Source: a virus
Lineage: Duplodnaviria; Caudoviricetes
DNA: 64,000 nucleotides
IMG/VR virus record: IMGVR_UViG_3300017589_000168
Span: 23,471 to 87,470 of that record
Reading direction: 5' to 3' (one strand)
Shown piece after piece: positions 8,840 to 18,444 of this stretch (its first letter is position 1; each line of letters opens with the position of its first letter). Under the pieces are notes generated by a model, which ran no database searches, was not told the origin of the DNA, and saw nothing but the letters and a program-made list of their open reading frames with translations. Both the position numbers and the translations under genes were made by a program.

Positions 8840-10660
8840 ATGATTATTGAAAAAGAATTGTTGGCATTAAGTGACGTAGCAAAATTGTGTGGGACTAGCA
8901 ACAGCAACGTTTCAAATTGGAGAACCCGTGACTCAAAGTTCCCTGCTCCTTATACAGAGACGTCTGCTGGTCCGATATGGAAAGCAGAGGATATTGTTAC
9001 ATATCTCCAAAAGAAATTTGATGATGAGTACGATGTGATTTCAACAGGTAACATATCCTCAAAGCGCATGGCAATAATAGGACGAGCACGAGGTGGAAAG
9101 TCGTTCTTTAATTCAAGATTTGTCTTTGATCGAACAGGATTTGTTGCTTTATTTTGTGGAAATAACAGCGATAAAACCGCTTGCCCGATATATATAAAAA
9201 TCTCAGAGTATATTACATTGGAGAATTTTATATTCCATTCAGATTTCAATAGTATTTATCAGGCAGATGATGAAGATAACGAACTTAAGACATTAAAAGA
9301 GAAAGTATCAGCACTGGTTGATCACTCATATTTACAGGATGACATCGAAAAGATGAATGAAATTGAGGGTATCATTAGGGAAATTAGAACCGTAGAAGAG
9401 CGATACCCAAATCGAAGGAACAGTAACACATATATTGATACGTTTCAAAGACCAAGTGCTTTTTGTAAGGAGATTCTCAGAATATGTGGTCTTGGAAGCA
9501 TTGAGATTGTTGATACACCGGGTGTTTCGGGTAATGTAGAGGCATCCAAAATTGCCAAATCTGATATTTATTTATTTTTACTAAAGCCAGACAATGGCGA
9601 TGAATCACAGACAATACGGAAAATTGTAACAGAGATTAAAGCAGATGTTGCAACCAGCAAAGCAGTCTTTTTGTATAAGAAAGAAGGGGTGTTTCTTACA
9701 AAGAAGAAGTATGATGACGCACGGTTAGCAGTACGCAGAGATATGGCTGCGTATAGCGAGCTGTTTAAGGATCTTAAAGGAAATATTATTTCTACAGAAT
9801 TGGATGTTTTGGATCCAGCAAGTCACTGCATCCTTTTTCCCACAATGGATCCGGATGAAATTATTCTTCCAGAAGAATTGTTTCTTGAAGAAATAAAAGA
9901 AAAGTTGTTGGAAGCGTTTAAGCCAGAAGATCCAAGCAGTAAAGACGAAGCATTCAAAAGTATAATTTCAGAACTTGGAGTACAGGCAGAGGAATTTATG
10001 CTGAATATCATGAGGAATATTCCAAAGCATAAACTTGGTGTGGGTGAGAATAAATACTCTGTCGAACAGGTAATTACGGGACAGCATGATAGAGTTATGA
10101 CAAAAGATAATTACAGGTTTCATAACGATCTAGATCATGCATATGCTAGCGAAAGTAGGATCTTGGACAATTACTTTTCATCTTTTAAAGCTACAGAATA
10201 TCCAGAAGAATGGAAACAGATTATAATCAAGTATGTGCATAAAAAGTTGACAGCTAGCGTTAGAGCAGACCGTGGGTTGGGTGTTGGAACGCATCCTTGG
10301 GAAGAAAGACCTGCTAGAACGATGTTGATTGAAGAGTCAATTTTGGCTGATAGAATTCTTGCTAATATCCTAGATAAGGATGAGAGGAACAGAAATGCAC
10401 CATACAGAAAAGCATTGATAGATAGTAATATCACCAGTGCAACATGGAATTATGTGGGGTGTGTAAATGAGGATGATGCAGTTACAAAGCTGAAAATAGT
10501 TGAGGAATGCCTGTTAAACGTTAGTGTGTCATCTCGTCAAGAAATGGTATTGTGTAGATATGTGGGTGGACTTCGTAAAATCGCACAGTATAAAATCCTT
10601 CAAAATATAGGTTATAAAAAGGATAAGTGCATGGAGGAAATAAAAAAAATGCCATTCTAA
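8840..10660 (+). CDS. N-terminal HTH (AlpA/MerR-like) fused to a dynamin/septin-like P-loop GTPase
   Basis: LSDVAKLCGTSNSNVSNWRTR-FPAP HTH; G1 GRARGGKS, G2-like KTACP, G3 DTPG; markedly lower GC than flanks. Confidence 0.75.
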   Translation: MIIEKELLALSDVAKLCGTSNSNVSNWRTRDSKFPAPYTETSAGPIWKAEDIVTYLQKKFDDEYDVISTGNISSKRMAIIGRARGGKSFFNSRFVFDRTGFVALFCGNNSDKTACPIYIKISEYITLENFIFHSDFNSIYQADDEDNELKTLKEKVSALVDHSYLQDDIEKMNEIEGIIREIRTVEERYPNRRNSNTYIDTFQRPSAFCKEILRICGLGSIEIVDTPGVSGNVEASKIAKSDIYLFLLKPDNGDESQTIRKIVTEIKADVATSKAVFLYKKEGVFLTKKKYDDARLAVRRDMAAYSELFKDLKGNIISTELDVLDPASHCILFPTMDPDEIILPEELFLEEIKEKLLEAFKPEDPSSKDEAFKSIISELGVQAEEFMLNIMRNIPKHKLGVGENKYSVEQVITGQHDRVMTKDNYRFHNDLDHAYASESRILDNYFSSFKATEYPEEWKQIIIKYVHKKLTASVRADRGLGVGTHPWEERPARTMLIEESILADRILANILDKDERNRNAPYRKALIDSNITSATWNYVGCVNEDDAVTKLKIVEECLLNVSVSSRQEMVLCRYVGGLRKIAQYKILQNIGYKKDKCMEEIKKMPF

Positions 10661-10797
10661 ATTTTAAACAACAATTTTTAATGTATGCACTCTATATCAG
10701 GATGCATCAGTGTTGTGAAAGCTCCTTTGAGGCCATGGACTTGTGCTTCAAAGGAGTCTTTTTATATATAAAAAATCAAGGAAAGGAGGTTCTCTAT

Positions 10798-11121
10798 GTG
10801 TTAAACGAAATCAATCTGTATATCCCCACCGGAGTCAAGGCTGAAAATGAGCTATTTAACGGCTTTGGTAAACGGGAACTGATGCAAAGCGTCATCGGCT
10901 CCCTGTTCGGCGGTGCGGTGGCTGCCCTTTTATGGCTGATTGCCGGAAATGTGGCATTGACCGTAGTGGCAGTCTTATCCGGCATTTTCGGCTCGGTAAT
11001 GATGTGTACGAAAGACCAGAACAATCAAAGTGTGGTAGACCAAATCCGGGATATGATACGGTTTTGGCGCAGCCAGCAGATTTACCCCTACCGTATGGGG
11101 GATGAGTGGGGTATGAAGTAA
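10798..11121 (+). CDS. VirB3/PrgI-like small membrane protein
   Basis: GGAGG RBS then GTG at 10798; two TM helices and C-terminal QQIYPY; T4SS context. Confidence 0.6.
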   Translation: MLNEINLYIPTGVKAENELFNGFGKRELMQSVIGSLFGGAVAALLWLIAGNVALTVVAVLSGIFGSVMMCTKDQNNQSVVDQIRDMIRFWRSQQIYPYRMGDEWGMK

Positions 11122-11134
11122 AGGAGGATGAAAA

Positions 11135-12844
11135 TTGACATTTCTTGACCTTTTTTCAGGGATCGGCGGATTCCGTAGAGGTCTCGAAAGAAGCGGACAT
11201 ACCTGTGTGGGTCATGTCGAAATTGATAAATACGCAAACAAGAGCTATATGGCAATGTACGAGCTTGCGCCCTGCCCTTACCGGGAGGATGCAGGCTCTA
11301 ATTTTTCTATGATGTGTAAACCGGAGGTGAGGAAAAACTGTGACGGAACAAACTGTAAAGGCGAATGGTACGCCAAAGACATTAAGCAAATCCGAGCAGG
11401 AGAAATTCCAAAAGCTGAAATCTGGACTTTTGGATTTCCTTGCACTGACATTTCCATCGCAGGCCGAATGGAAGGTCTTAGAGGAAGCCGAAGCGGACTG
11501 TTTTTTACAGTCGTTGGCCTGCTCAAAAGCACGAATCCCGAAGATCGACCCCAGCAGCTTATCGTTGAAAATGTTAAGCATCTTTTGTCAAGCGAGCGGG
11601 GCGGGGCATTTACCACTGTTCTTACTGAATTATGGGAAGCTGGGTATGACTGTGAATGGCAGGCCGTCAATTCAAAAGACTTCTTCGTCCCCCAGAACCG
11701 GGAGCGGGTGTACCTTGTTGGACATTTTGGAGGAAACCGTGGACGAAAAGTATTTCCTATCGGCGGAGCAAACACAGCGCCTGTTAAGCAGCTTATCGGG
11801 GGAAGCCAAGGAAAACGGGTCTATGACATAAGCGGTGTTTCCGTCACCCTGACGGCAGAGGGCGGCGGCTTTGCCGGACGCACGGGGCTTTATGCTGTGT
11901 CGGTCAACCGAAGGGAGGGTATTACAGGCGCTATCAGCCATGCCCATACCTTGACCGCCAGTGATTTTAGGGGATTGAACCGAAATCAGGATCAGAATGC
12001 CGTGCTTTCAGAAATTCCGCCTTGTGAGGCGTTCACCGCCTTCAATCAGGATATCAGGCGGAGTAGTCATGTGGGAGGTATTGTCTGCTTGGGCAATACC
12101 AATCCGAGCGGCAATGGTATGAATGGAAACGTATACGACACGCACGGCCTTTCGCCAACACTCACGACGAATAAGGGGGAGGAATTAAAGGTCGCCGTTC
12201 CCGCACAAGTCCAGACCTGTGCCGCTTTTATTGATATGAATGAGGATGCGGAGCTGACGGAAAATGCCCGGTGCATCCGGGCAAGACAATATTCAGGTAT
12301 CGGCAACCACCGGGGGGAAACCTCCGGCATTTTTTTATGCCATGGGCACCCGGACTGCGTGATGGCGGTCATCACCCCCGACCGCATGGAAAAGCGCCAG
12401 AACGGCAGGCGGTTCAAAGAACCGGGAGAACCCAGCTTTACGCTGACAACACAGGATCAGCACGGTATTTTGCTGTGCTGCTGTGAAGGGTGGAAAGATG
12501 GACTTCCTATCCGTGAGGATAAAAAAGACGGCCATACAATGGCATACCCCGGTGATGGAATCAATCTGGCTTATCCAAACAGCAAGAAAAGCAGAGGGCG
12601 TGTCGGCCGCCAGTGTTCCCAAACTTTGATGACAGGCGGCAGCATGGGCGTTCTTCTGTGCTGTCGTATCCGCAGGCTGACACCGAGGGAGTGCTGGAGG
12701 CTTCAAGCCTTTGAAGATTACCTGTTTGACCGTGTGAAAGCTGCCGGTATCAGCGACGCCCAGCTTTACCGGCAGGCGGGCAATGCCGTGACCGTCAATA
12801 TTGTCTATGAAATTGGCCTGCGGCTGCCGGGAGGTAGACGATGA
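11135..12844 (+). CDS. DNA (cytosine-5)-methyltransferase with long multi-module variable region
   Basis: Motifs FLDLFSGIGGF (I), GFPC (IV), ENV (VI), PQNRERVY (VIII), RRLTPRECWRLQ and AGNAV (IX-X). Confidence 0.93.
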   Translation: MTFLDLFSGIGGFRRGLERSGHTCVGHVEIDKYANKSYMAMYELAPCPYREDAGSNFSMMCKPEVRKNCDGTNCKGEWYAKDIKQIRAGEIPKAEIWTFGFPCTDISIAGRMEGLRGSRSGLFFTVVGLLKSTNPEDRPQQLIVENVKHLLSSERGGAFTTVLTELWEAGYDCEWQAVNSKDFFVPQNRERVYLVGHFGGNRGRKVFPIGGANTAPVKQLIGGSQGKRVYDISGVSVTLTAEGGGFAGRTGLYAVSVNRREGITGAISHAHTLTASDFRGLNRNQDQNAVLSEIPPCEAFTAFNQDIRRSSHVGGIVCLGNTNPSGNGMNGNVYDTHGLSPTLTTNKGEELKVAVPAQVQTCAAFIDMNEDAELTENARCIRARQYSGIGNHRGETSGIFLCHGHPDCVMAVITPDRMEKRQNGRRFKEPGEPSFTLTTQDQHGILLCCCEGWKDGLPIREDKKDGHTMAYPGDGINLAYPNSKKSRGRVGRQCSQTLMTGGSMGVLLCCRIRRLTPRECWRLQAFEDYLFDRVKAAGISDAQLYRQAGNAVTVNIVYEIGLRLPGGRR

Positions 12845-13431
12845 GGTTTGGTGTCCTGTATGTAGACCCGCCCTGGTCCTATAAGGTCTATTCCAGAAAG
12901 GGGCAGGGGCGCAGTGCTGAAAATCACTATTCCACCATGAGCGCTGAGGATATTTACAATCTTGATGTGGATGGGATCGCAGATGATGACTGTGTTCTAT
13001 TCTTATGGGTCACATTCCCTTGTCTGCTGGAGGGCTTGGAAGCAATCAGGCGCTGGGGCTTTACCTATAAAACCCTCGGTTTTTGCTGGGTCAAGCGGTG
13101 CAAAAAACAAACGGAAAAATGGTTTTGGGGATTGGGATTCTGGACAAGAGCCAACCCCGAACTGTGCCTGATTGCCACCAAAGGCAGACCGAAACGGTTA
13201 TCAAAGGCGGTTCACTGCATTGTAGATACGCCGGTGGAGCGCCACAGCAAAAAGCCGGACGAGGTACGCCGCCGCATTGAACAGCTTATGGGGGATATTC
13301 CCCGTGCGGAACTGTTCGCAAGACAGCAGTATGATGGCTGGGTCTGCCTTGGAAATGAAATTGACGGCCTTGATATTCGGGAGGCAATAAAGCAAGTAAA
13401 GGCGGTGGATAACCTGAATGGCATGGAATGA
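12841..13431 (+). CDS. MT-A70-family adenine methyltransferase
   Basis: VDPPW, LFLWVT, YKT-F-WVK, TRANPELCL, HSKKP and ELFAR motifs. Confidence 0.92.
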   Translation: MRFGVLYVDPPWSYKVYSRKGQGRSAENHYSTMSAEDIYNLDVDGIADDDCVLFLWVTFPCLLEGLEAIRRWGFTYKTLGFCWVKRCKKQTEKWFWGLGFWTRANPELCLIATKGRPKRLSKAVHCIVDTPVERHSKKPDEVRRRIEQLMGDIPRAELFARQQYDGWVCLGNEIDGLDIREAIKQVKAVDNLNGME

Positions 13432-13981
13432 ACACCTAAATAGTTTTCTGGCCTGCGTCCTGCTTGCCTTTTTTGTCGGCTGGCTGTGTGATATGACCAT
13501 CCGAAAAATCATAAAGAAAGACACGGCCTTTACCGCCCATATCTTTACGGCGGTAGCGGCTGTTTTTCTTGCCCTATATGGTTTTACGCCCACGGCACTT
13601 CGCTGTATCCTGCTGTGCGGGGTGCTGATTGTGGCAGGTGTGTTTGACCTTGCCACCTATGAAATCCCTGATTCCCTGCATCTGCTCATTGCTATGGCGG
13701 GGTTAGTACACTTCCAACCCCTGCCCGCATTTTTGGGTTTCCTGCTGGTTCCCCTGCCATTTCTGATTGCCGCCCTGAAAACAGAAAAAATCGGTGGCGG
13801 TGATGTAAAGCTGATGGCGGCCAGCGGCTTTGCCCTCGGTGTGACAGGGGGTGTCTGGATGATGATATGGGGGCTTGTGGCTGCTCTGCTCTGGAATCGT
13901 GCTTTTTGCAGAGAGCAAAAGAGCCTTCCCCTTGCGCCCTTTCTTGCCTTTGGGTGCTTTATGGCGCTTTTCCCAACTTAA
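13418..13981 (+). CDS. A24 prepilin peptidase
   Basis: Polytopic; catalytic Asp pair in FDLATYEIPD and GGGDVKL; C-terminal PLAPFL. Confidence 0.88.
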   Translation: MAWNEHLNSFLACVLLAFFVGWLCDMTIRKIIKKDTAFTAHIFTAVAAVFLALYGFTPTALRCILLCGVLIVAGVFDLATYEIPDSLHLLIAMAGLVHFQPLPAFLGFLLVPLPFLIAALKTEKIGGGDVKLMAASGFALGVTGGVWMMIWGLVAALLWNRAFCREQKSLPLAPFLAFGCFMALFPT

Positions 13982-14006
13982 ATTTTGATATGGAGGAAAA
14001 AACAAA

Positions 14007-14858
14007 ATGAAAAACCTACTGAAAAACCGAATTGTCGTGGGGCTGCTGTGTATCATCACAGCCCTGCTCATCTGCTTTGGACTGACGCCCATGTTCAACG
14101 ATGCTCTCAAATCCAAGGTGGAGCTGGTGCGTGTTACCACTGAAATCAAAAAGGGCGATCAGATTACTGCAGGGCAGATTTCTACCGTAGAAGCAGGCGG
14201 CTATAATCTGCCCTTTGATGTGGTGTATAAAAAAGAGGATGTCATCGGCAAATACGCCAATGCTGACCTCTACAAAGGTGATTACATCCTGAAAACCAAG
14301 CTGTCCGACACACCTATGCTGAAAAATGAGTATTTAAGCAAACTCAATGGAGAGAACAGAGCCATTTCCATTACCATCAAGAGTTTTGCGGCAGGGCTTT
14401 CCGGCAAGCTGGAGCGCGGCGACATTGTTTCCCTGATTGCCAGTGATGTGGGAGAGGCCCGTAAAACGCTGATTCCCACGGAACTGCAATATGTTGAAAT
14501 CATTGCAGCTACCGACAGCAGCGGCAACGACCGCAACCTTCAGGAGCAGCCCAAAGACGACAGAGATACAGAGCTTGCCAGCACCATTACCGTTCTTGCC
14601 ACTCCCGAACAGGCAACGCTTCTTGCTGAACTGGAGCAGACCGGAAAGCTCCATGCTGCCCTTGTGTATCGTGGGAGTGCGGAAAATGCACAGAAGTTCT
14701 TGGATGAGCAGATGAAGGTGCTGGAGGCCCTTTATCCTGTGAAAAGCGAGGGGTTGACCTATGAAAGCGAAGATAACCATAGCGCGGGGGCATCGCCTGC
14801 CGGTATTTCTTCCGATGACACAGCGGAAAGCGGTACAGAATCCGCAGGGCAGGAATAA
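14007..14858 (+). CDS. cpaB: Flp pilus assembly protein CpaB/RcpC
   Basis: N-terminal TM, SAF-like domain, RAISITIKSFAAGLSGKLERGDIVSL motif. Confidence 0.85.
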   Translation: MKNLLKNRIVVGLLCIITALLICFGLTPMFNDALKSKVELVRVTTEIKKGDQITAGQISTVEAGGYNLPFDVVYKKEDVIGKYANADLYKGDYILKTKLSDTPMLKNEYLSKLNGENRAISITIKSFAAGLSGKLERGDIVSLIASDVGEARKTLIPTELQYVEIIAATDSSGNDRNLQEQPKDDRDTELASTITVLATPEQATLLAELEQTGKLHAALVYRGSAENAQKFLDEQMKVLEALYPVKSEGLTYESEDNHSAGASPAGISSDDTAESGTESAGQE

Positions 14859-14878
14859 GGAATGGAGGGCAAAATTTT

Positions 14879-15742
14879 ATGATAAAAGATAAGATGATTG
14901 CCGTCATGGGCAGTCCGGGCAGCGGGAAAACCATCGCTGCCCTTAAACTTGCCCTGACGCTTTCGGCGGCAAAAAAGAATGTCATTGTGGTATTCTGCGA
15001 TCCGTTTACACCGGTCATTCCCACAGTCCTGCCTGCCGATACGAACCACGACACTTCGCTGGGCAGTCTTTTGACGTCTCCGGCACTGACACAGGCCAAG
15101 CTCCTGAATGCCTGCGTGCCGACAGAAAAGAACGAATACATCAGCTTTTTGGGATACCGGGCTGGAGAAAGCCTGATGCGGTATCCGCAAATCACACGGG
15201 ATAAGGCAGTAGAGTTTTTTATCCTGCTTCGGTATCTGGCCGATTATGTCATCATCGACTGTACCTCTGCATTTGAAGCTGACCCGGCCTCCATTGTGGC
15301 GATAGAGCTTGCCGACAAGGTTTTAAGGCTGGGGACAGCCAACTTAAAAGGCGTTTCCTATTATCTGACCCATAATCCCATGCTGGCGGACAGCCGTTTC
15401 CGAACGGACACCCATCAGACCGTAATCGGCAACCTGAAAGCAGGGCAGGATTGGGAGTCTGCCGCCCAGCAATACGGCGGCACGGATTTTGTGCTGCCCT
15501 ATGTACCGGAACTGGAGCAGCAGTATGATGAACTGGCATTGCTGACCCCGCTGGCCCAGCCGGAAAGCACCGGATATACCGCTGGAGTGGAACGGCTTTT
15601 GGGAATACACGCAGTGAAATCCAAGACAAGGTCTGCTTCACCCGCTGCGGCAACGGACACAGAGGGCGCAAAGCAGAAAGAAAAGCAAAAAGCAAAACCG
15701 GCTTTTCGATTGCCCTTTGCAAAAAACCGGGGTGAGTTTTAG
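14879..15742 (+). CDS. MinD/ParA/CpaE-like ATPase
   Basis: Walker A GSPGSGKT, YVIIDC; located between cpaB and cpaF. Confidence 0.75.
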   Translation: MIKDKMIAVMGSPGSGKTIAALKLALTLSAAKKNVIVVFCDPFTPVIPTVLPADTNHDTSLGSLLTSPALTQAKLLNACVPTEKNEYISFLGYRAGESLMRYPQITRDKAVEFFILLRYLADYVIIDCTSAFEADPASIVAIELADKVLRLGTANLKGVSYYLTHNPMLADSRFRTDTHQTVIGNLKAGQDWESAAQQYGGTDFVLPYVPELEQQYDELALLTPLAQPESTGYTAGVERLLGIHAVKSKTRSASPAAATDTEGAKQKEKQKAKPAFRLPFAKNRGEF

Positions 15743-16215
15743 TGCTCACCATCAGCCATATAGAACTGAACGATGCCAATGCCTATGTGACGGCACATCA
15801 CCGGCATCACGGAGCTGTGCGGGGACACCGATTTTCTCTTGCCTGTTTCGAGGATAGCAGGCTGTGCGGTGTCGCTATTGTGGGCAGACCGCGCTCCCGC
15901 CGTATTGACCAGTGTATGACTGTGGAGGTTCTGCGGCTCTGTACGGACGGCACGAGGAACGCCTGCTCTAAACTATACGGAGCCTGCCGCCGTGCGGCAA
16001 AGGCGCTGGGCTATCAGCGGCTCATTACCTATATTTTAGCGGAGGAAAACGGCAAAAGTCTTTTGGCAAGCGGGTTTTCCTACTGCTATACCAGCAAGGG
16101 CGGTAGCTGGAACCAACCGGGCAGACCGAGAACCGATAAGGCTCCAGTCTGCCCGAAGTATTTGTATGAAATTATACTGGTCCGAAAGGAGGACAAAACT
16201 TGCAGAACATCTTAA
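15742..16215 (+). CDS. XF1762-family (Mom-like, GNAT-fold) protein
   Basis: ANAYVTAHHRHH-V-GHRFSL...GVAIVGRP-SR...EVLRLCTDGTRNACSKLYGA...LGY-RLITYIL motif set. Confidence 0.7.
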   Translation: MLTISHIELNDANAYVTAHHRHHGAVRGHRFSLACFEDSRLCGVAIVGRPRSRRIDQCMTVEVLRLCTDGTRNACSKLYGACRRAAKALGYQRLITYILAEENGKSLLASGFSYCYTSKGGSWNQPGRPRTDKAPVCPKYLYEIILVRKEDKTCRTS

Positions 16216-17555
16216 ATATCCATGATAACGCCGGACTGATGGGTGGGGAAATCCATCTGCGCCCTTTTGCCGAGGTTTTGAGGGAAGTACAGGAACACAT
16301 CAGCAAAAATTATGCAGGAACCCTAAAGGATGACCCCGACCAGAGCCGTGCTCTGATTCACAGCTACATCCGAAAATACCTTGAAGAACAGCGGCTTGGT
16401 GTGGACGGCATGGAGCAGGGGGAGCTTGCCGAGCTTCTGTACGGAGAAATGACCGGATTTTCATTCCTGTCCAAATACCTCTACCGCAATGATGTGGAGG
16501 AAGTGAATATCAACCAGTGGGATGATGTGAAGGTCATTTACGCAAACGGCGAGGTGCTGCCCACCAAGGAACGGTTTACCTCACCCCAGCACGCCCTTGA
16601 TGTCATCAAGCGTATGCTGCATAAGTCCGGCATGATACTCGATAATGCCAAACCCTATGTCATTGGGCATCTGTCCAACAAAATCCGTATTACGGCTACC
16701 TCTCCGGGTATCGTGGACGAGGACAAGGGTTTGTCTGTATCCATTCGTATCGTCAATCCCCGCAAGCTGAAAAAAGAGGAATTTGTCACTTATGGCACAG
16801 CCACCGCCGAGATGCTGGATATGCTCTCGGTGTTTTTTAATTATGGCGTTTCCATGTGTATGACCGGAGCCACTTCCTCCGGCAAAACCACTTTGATGAG
16901 CTGGATACTCGACCAGATTTCAAATGATAAGCGGCTAATTACCATTGAAAAGGGCTGCCGTGAGTTCGACAGCGTGAAGCGTGACGAGCTGGGCAGGGTC
17001 CTGAATAATGTCATTCACTTTATTACCAAGGAGTCCGACGATCCCAAACAGGTGGTATCCATGGTAAAGCTCTTGGAACTGGCCCTTACTATGCACCCGG
17101 ATTTTCTGGTGGTTGCGGAGATGAAAAGCGAGGAAAGCCTGCAAGCAATTAAGGCGGCCAATACCGGGCATACCTCTTTGACCACCATTCACGCCAACGG
17201 CTGTGAGGACACCTATTACCGCATGGCGGCACTCTGCAAGGAAAGCAGTTCCATGGATGACGCCACCCTGATGGGGCTTGCTACAAGGGGTTTTCCCATC
17301 GTGGCCTTTGCCAAGAAGCTGGAGGACAACAGCCGCCGCCTGATGGAAATTGCCGAGTGCGTGGGAGTAAAAGCCGGTGTGCCGATTATGCGCACCTTGT
17401 ACCGCTTTAACATCACCGACAACCGCATGGAAAACGGAAAAGCCAAGATCATAGGGCATTATGAAAAAGTAAACGGTCCATCAGAAAGCCTGTGCAAGCG
17501 GCTTCGTGAAAACGGTATGCCGCTGTCCTTGCAGCAGCGGCTTTTAAGTGCATAA
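16200..17555 (+). CDS. cpaF: Tad pilus assembly ATPase CpaF/TadA
   Basis: Walker A GATSSGKT, ALTMHPD-LVVAEM, His box GHTSLTTIHA. Confidence 0.9.
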   Translation: MQNILNIHDNAGLMGGEIHLRPFAEVLREVQEHISKNYAGTLKDDPDQSRALIHSYIRKYLEEQRLGVDGMEQGELAELLYGEMTGFSFLSKYLYRNDVEEVNINQWDDVKVIYANGEVLPTKERFTSPQHALDVIKRMLHKSGMILDNAKPYVIGHLSNKIRITATSPGIVDEDKGLSVSIRIVNPRKLKKEEFVTYGTATAEMLDMLSVFFNYGVSMCMTGATSSGKTTLMSWILDQISNDKRLITIEKGCREFDSVKRDELGRVLNNVIHFITKESDDPKQVVSMVKLLELALTMHPDFLVVAEMKSEESLQAIKAANTGHTSLTTIHANGCEDTYYRMAALCKESSSMDDATLMGLATRGFPIVAFAKKLEDNSRRLMEIAECVGVKAGVPIMRTLYRFNITDNRMENGKAKIIGHYEKVNGPSESLCKRLRENGMPLSLQQRLLSA

Positions 17556-17570
17556 AGGAGGTGCATTTTT

Positions 17571-18440
17571 ATGAGTATGGTCGCTTATAAAGCGCCGTAT
17601 CTTCTACAAATTATGATGGATGATGAACCCTTAAATCCCCGCACTGATTATGATAACTTCGGCCATATGGCTTGCTGGCACAGGCGGTATAACCTTGGGG
17701 ATGAACATAATTTTGAGGATACAAACGAGCTGTTCAAAGAGTTGGTGATGAACAGCGTTTCGCCGGATACAGTCATTGATTATGTGAAATCCGGCAAGGC
17801 AGACAGCGTGAAACTGGAATATGACCGCGCTGCGGGAAACTGGGAAATCAGGAGCTATGATACCCACTTCAAGAAATGGTATGATGAGGCTTCCTTTCCC
17901 GGCAAGCTGGAAGCAAACCGGCAGGAGATTTTTGAAAGCCTTGTAGACACCCTGCCAACCCCTGACCTTTATCTGCTGGCTTCGGAAAAGAATATCATCC
18001 TGCCCTTAAACCTCTACGACCACTCCATGCTGCATATGTCAACCGGCTCCTTTTTGGGGAGAGCGCAGCACGCCGAATGGGATTCCGGTCAGGTGGGATG
18101 GATTTACGCCACGCCGGAGGATATGGAAAAGGAATACGGCAGCCTAACCCCGGAAAGCAGAGAAAAGGCCGAAGCCCTGCTGAAATCTGAGGTGGAGAGC
18201 TATGACTGCTATCTTTCCGGGCAGTGCTACGGCTTTCGGCTTTATGAAAACGGCGAGGAAACGGATAGCTGCTGGGGCTTCTTGGGGAGCTATTCCGATA
18301 TGAGAAAGGAAATTGCTTCTCAGAGCCTGCCGGAAAGCCACCGGGATATGGTTGACCATCTGCATGAGGTGACGGATACCGTGACCCGGTATAAAGGCTA
18401 TGAGGATTTAATGGAGGATTTAGAGGAAATGGAGGCATAG
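17571..18440 (+). CDS. Conserved hypothetical acidic protein
   Basis: 289-aa ORF with GGAGGT RBS; NPR-DYDNFG-MACWHRRYNLGD and GQVGWIY motifs; no function recognised. Confidence 0.7.
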   Translation: MSMVAYKAPYLLQIMMDDEPLNPRTDYDNFGHMACWHRRYNLGDEHNFEDTNELFKELVMNSVSPDTVIDYVKSGKADSVKLEYDRAAGNWEIRSYDTHFKKWYDEASFPGKLEANRQEIFESLVDTLPTPDLYLLASEKNIILPLNLYDHSMLHMSTGSFLGRAQHAEWDSGQVGWIYATPEDMEKEYGSLTPESREKAEALLKSEVESYDCYLSGQCYGFRLYENGEETDSCWGFLGSYSDMRKEIASQSLPESHRDMVDHLHEVTDTVTRYKGYEDLMEDLEEMEA

Positions 18441-18444
18441 AACA

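Noticed and set aside
10627-10797. Upstream extension of the VirB3/PrgI-like ORF
   Set aside because: It overlaps the GTPase end and is AT-rich; the good RBS is at ~10783 before GTG 10798.
11135-13431. Restriction-modification system
   Set aside because: No endonuclease or specificity subunit is adjacent; both methyltransferases appear orphan.
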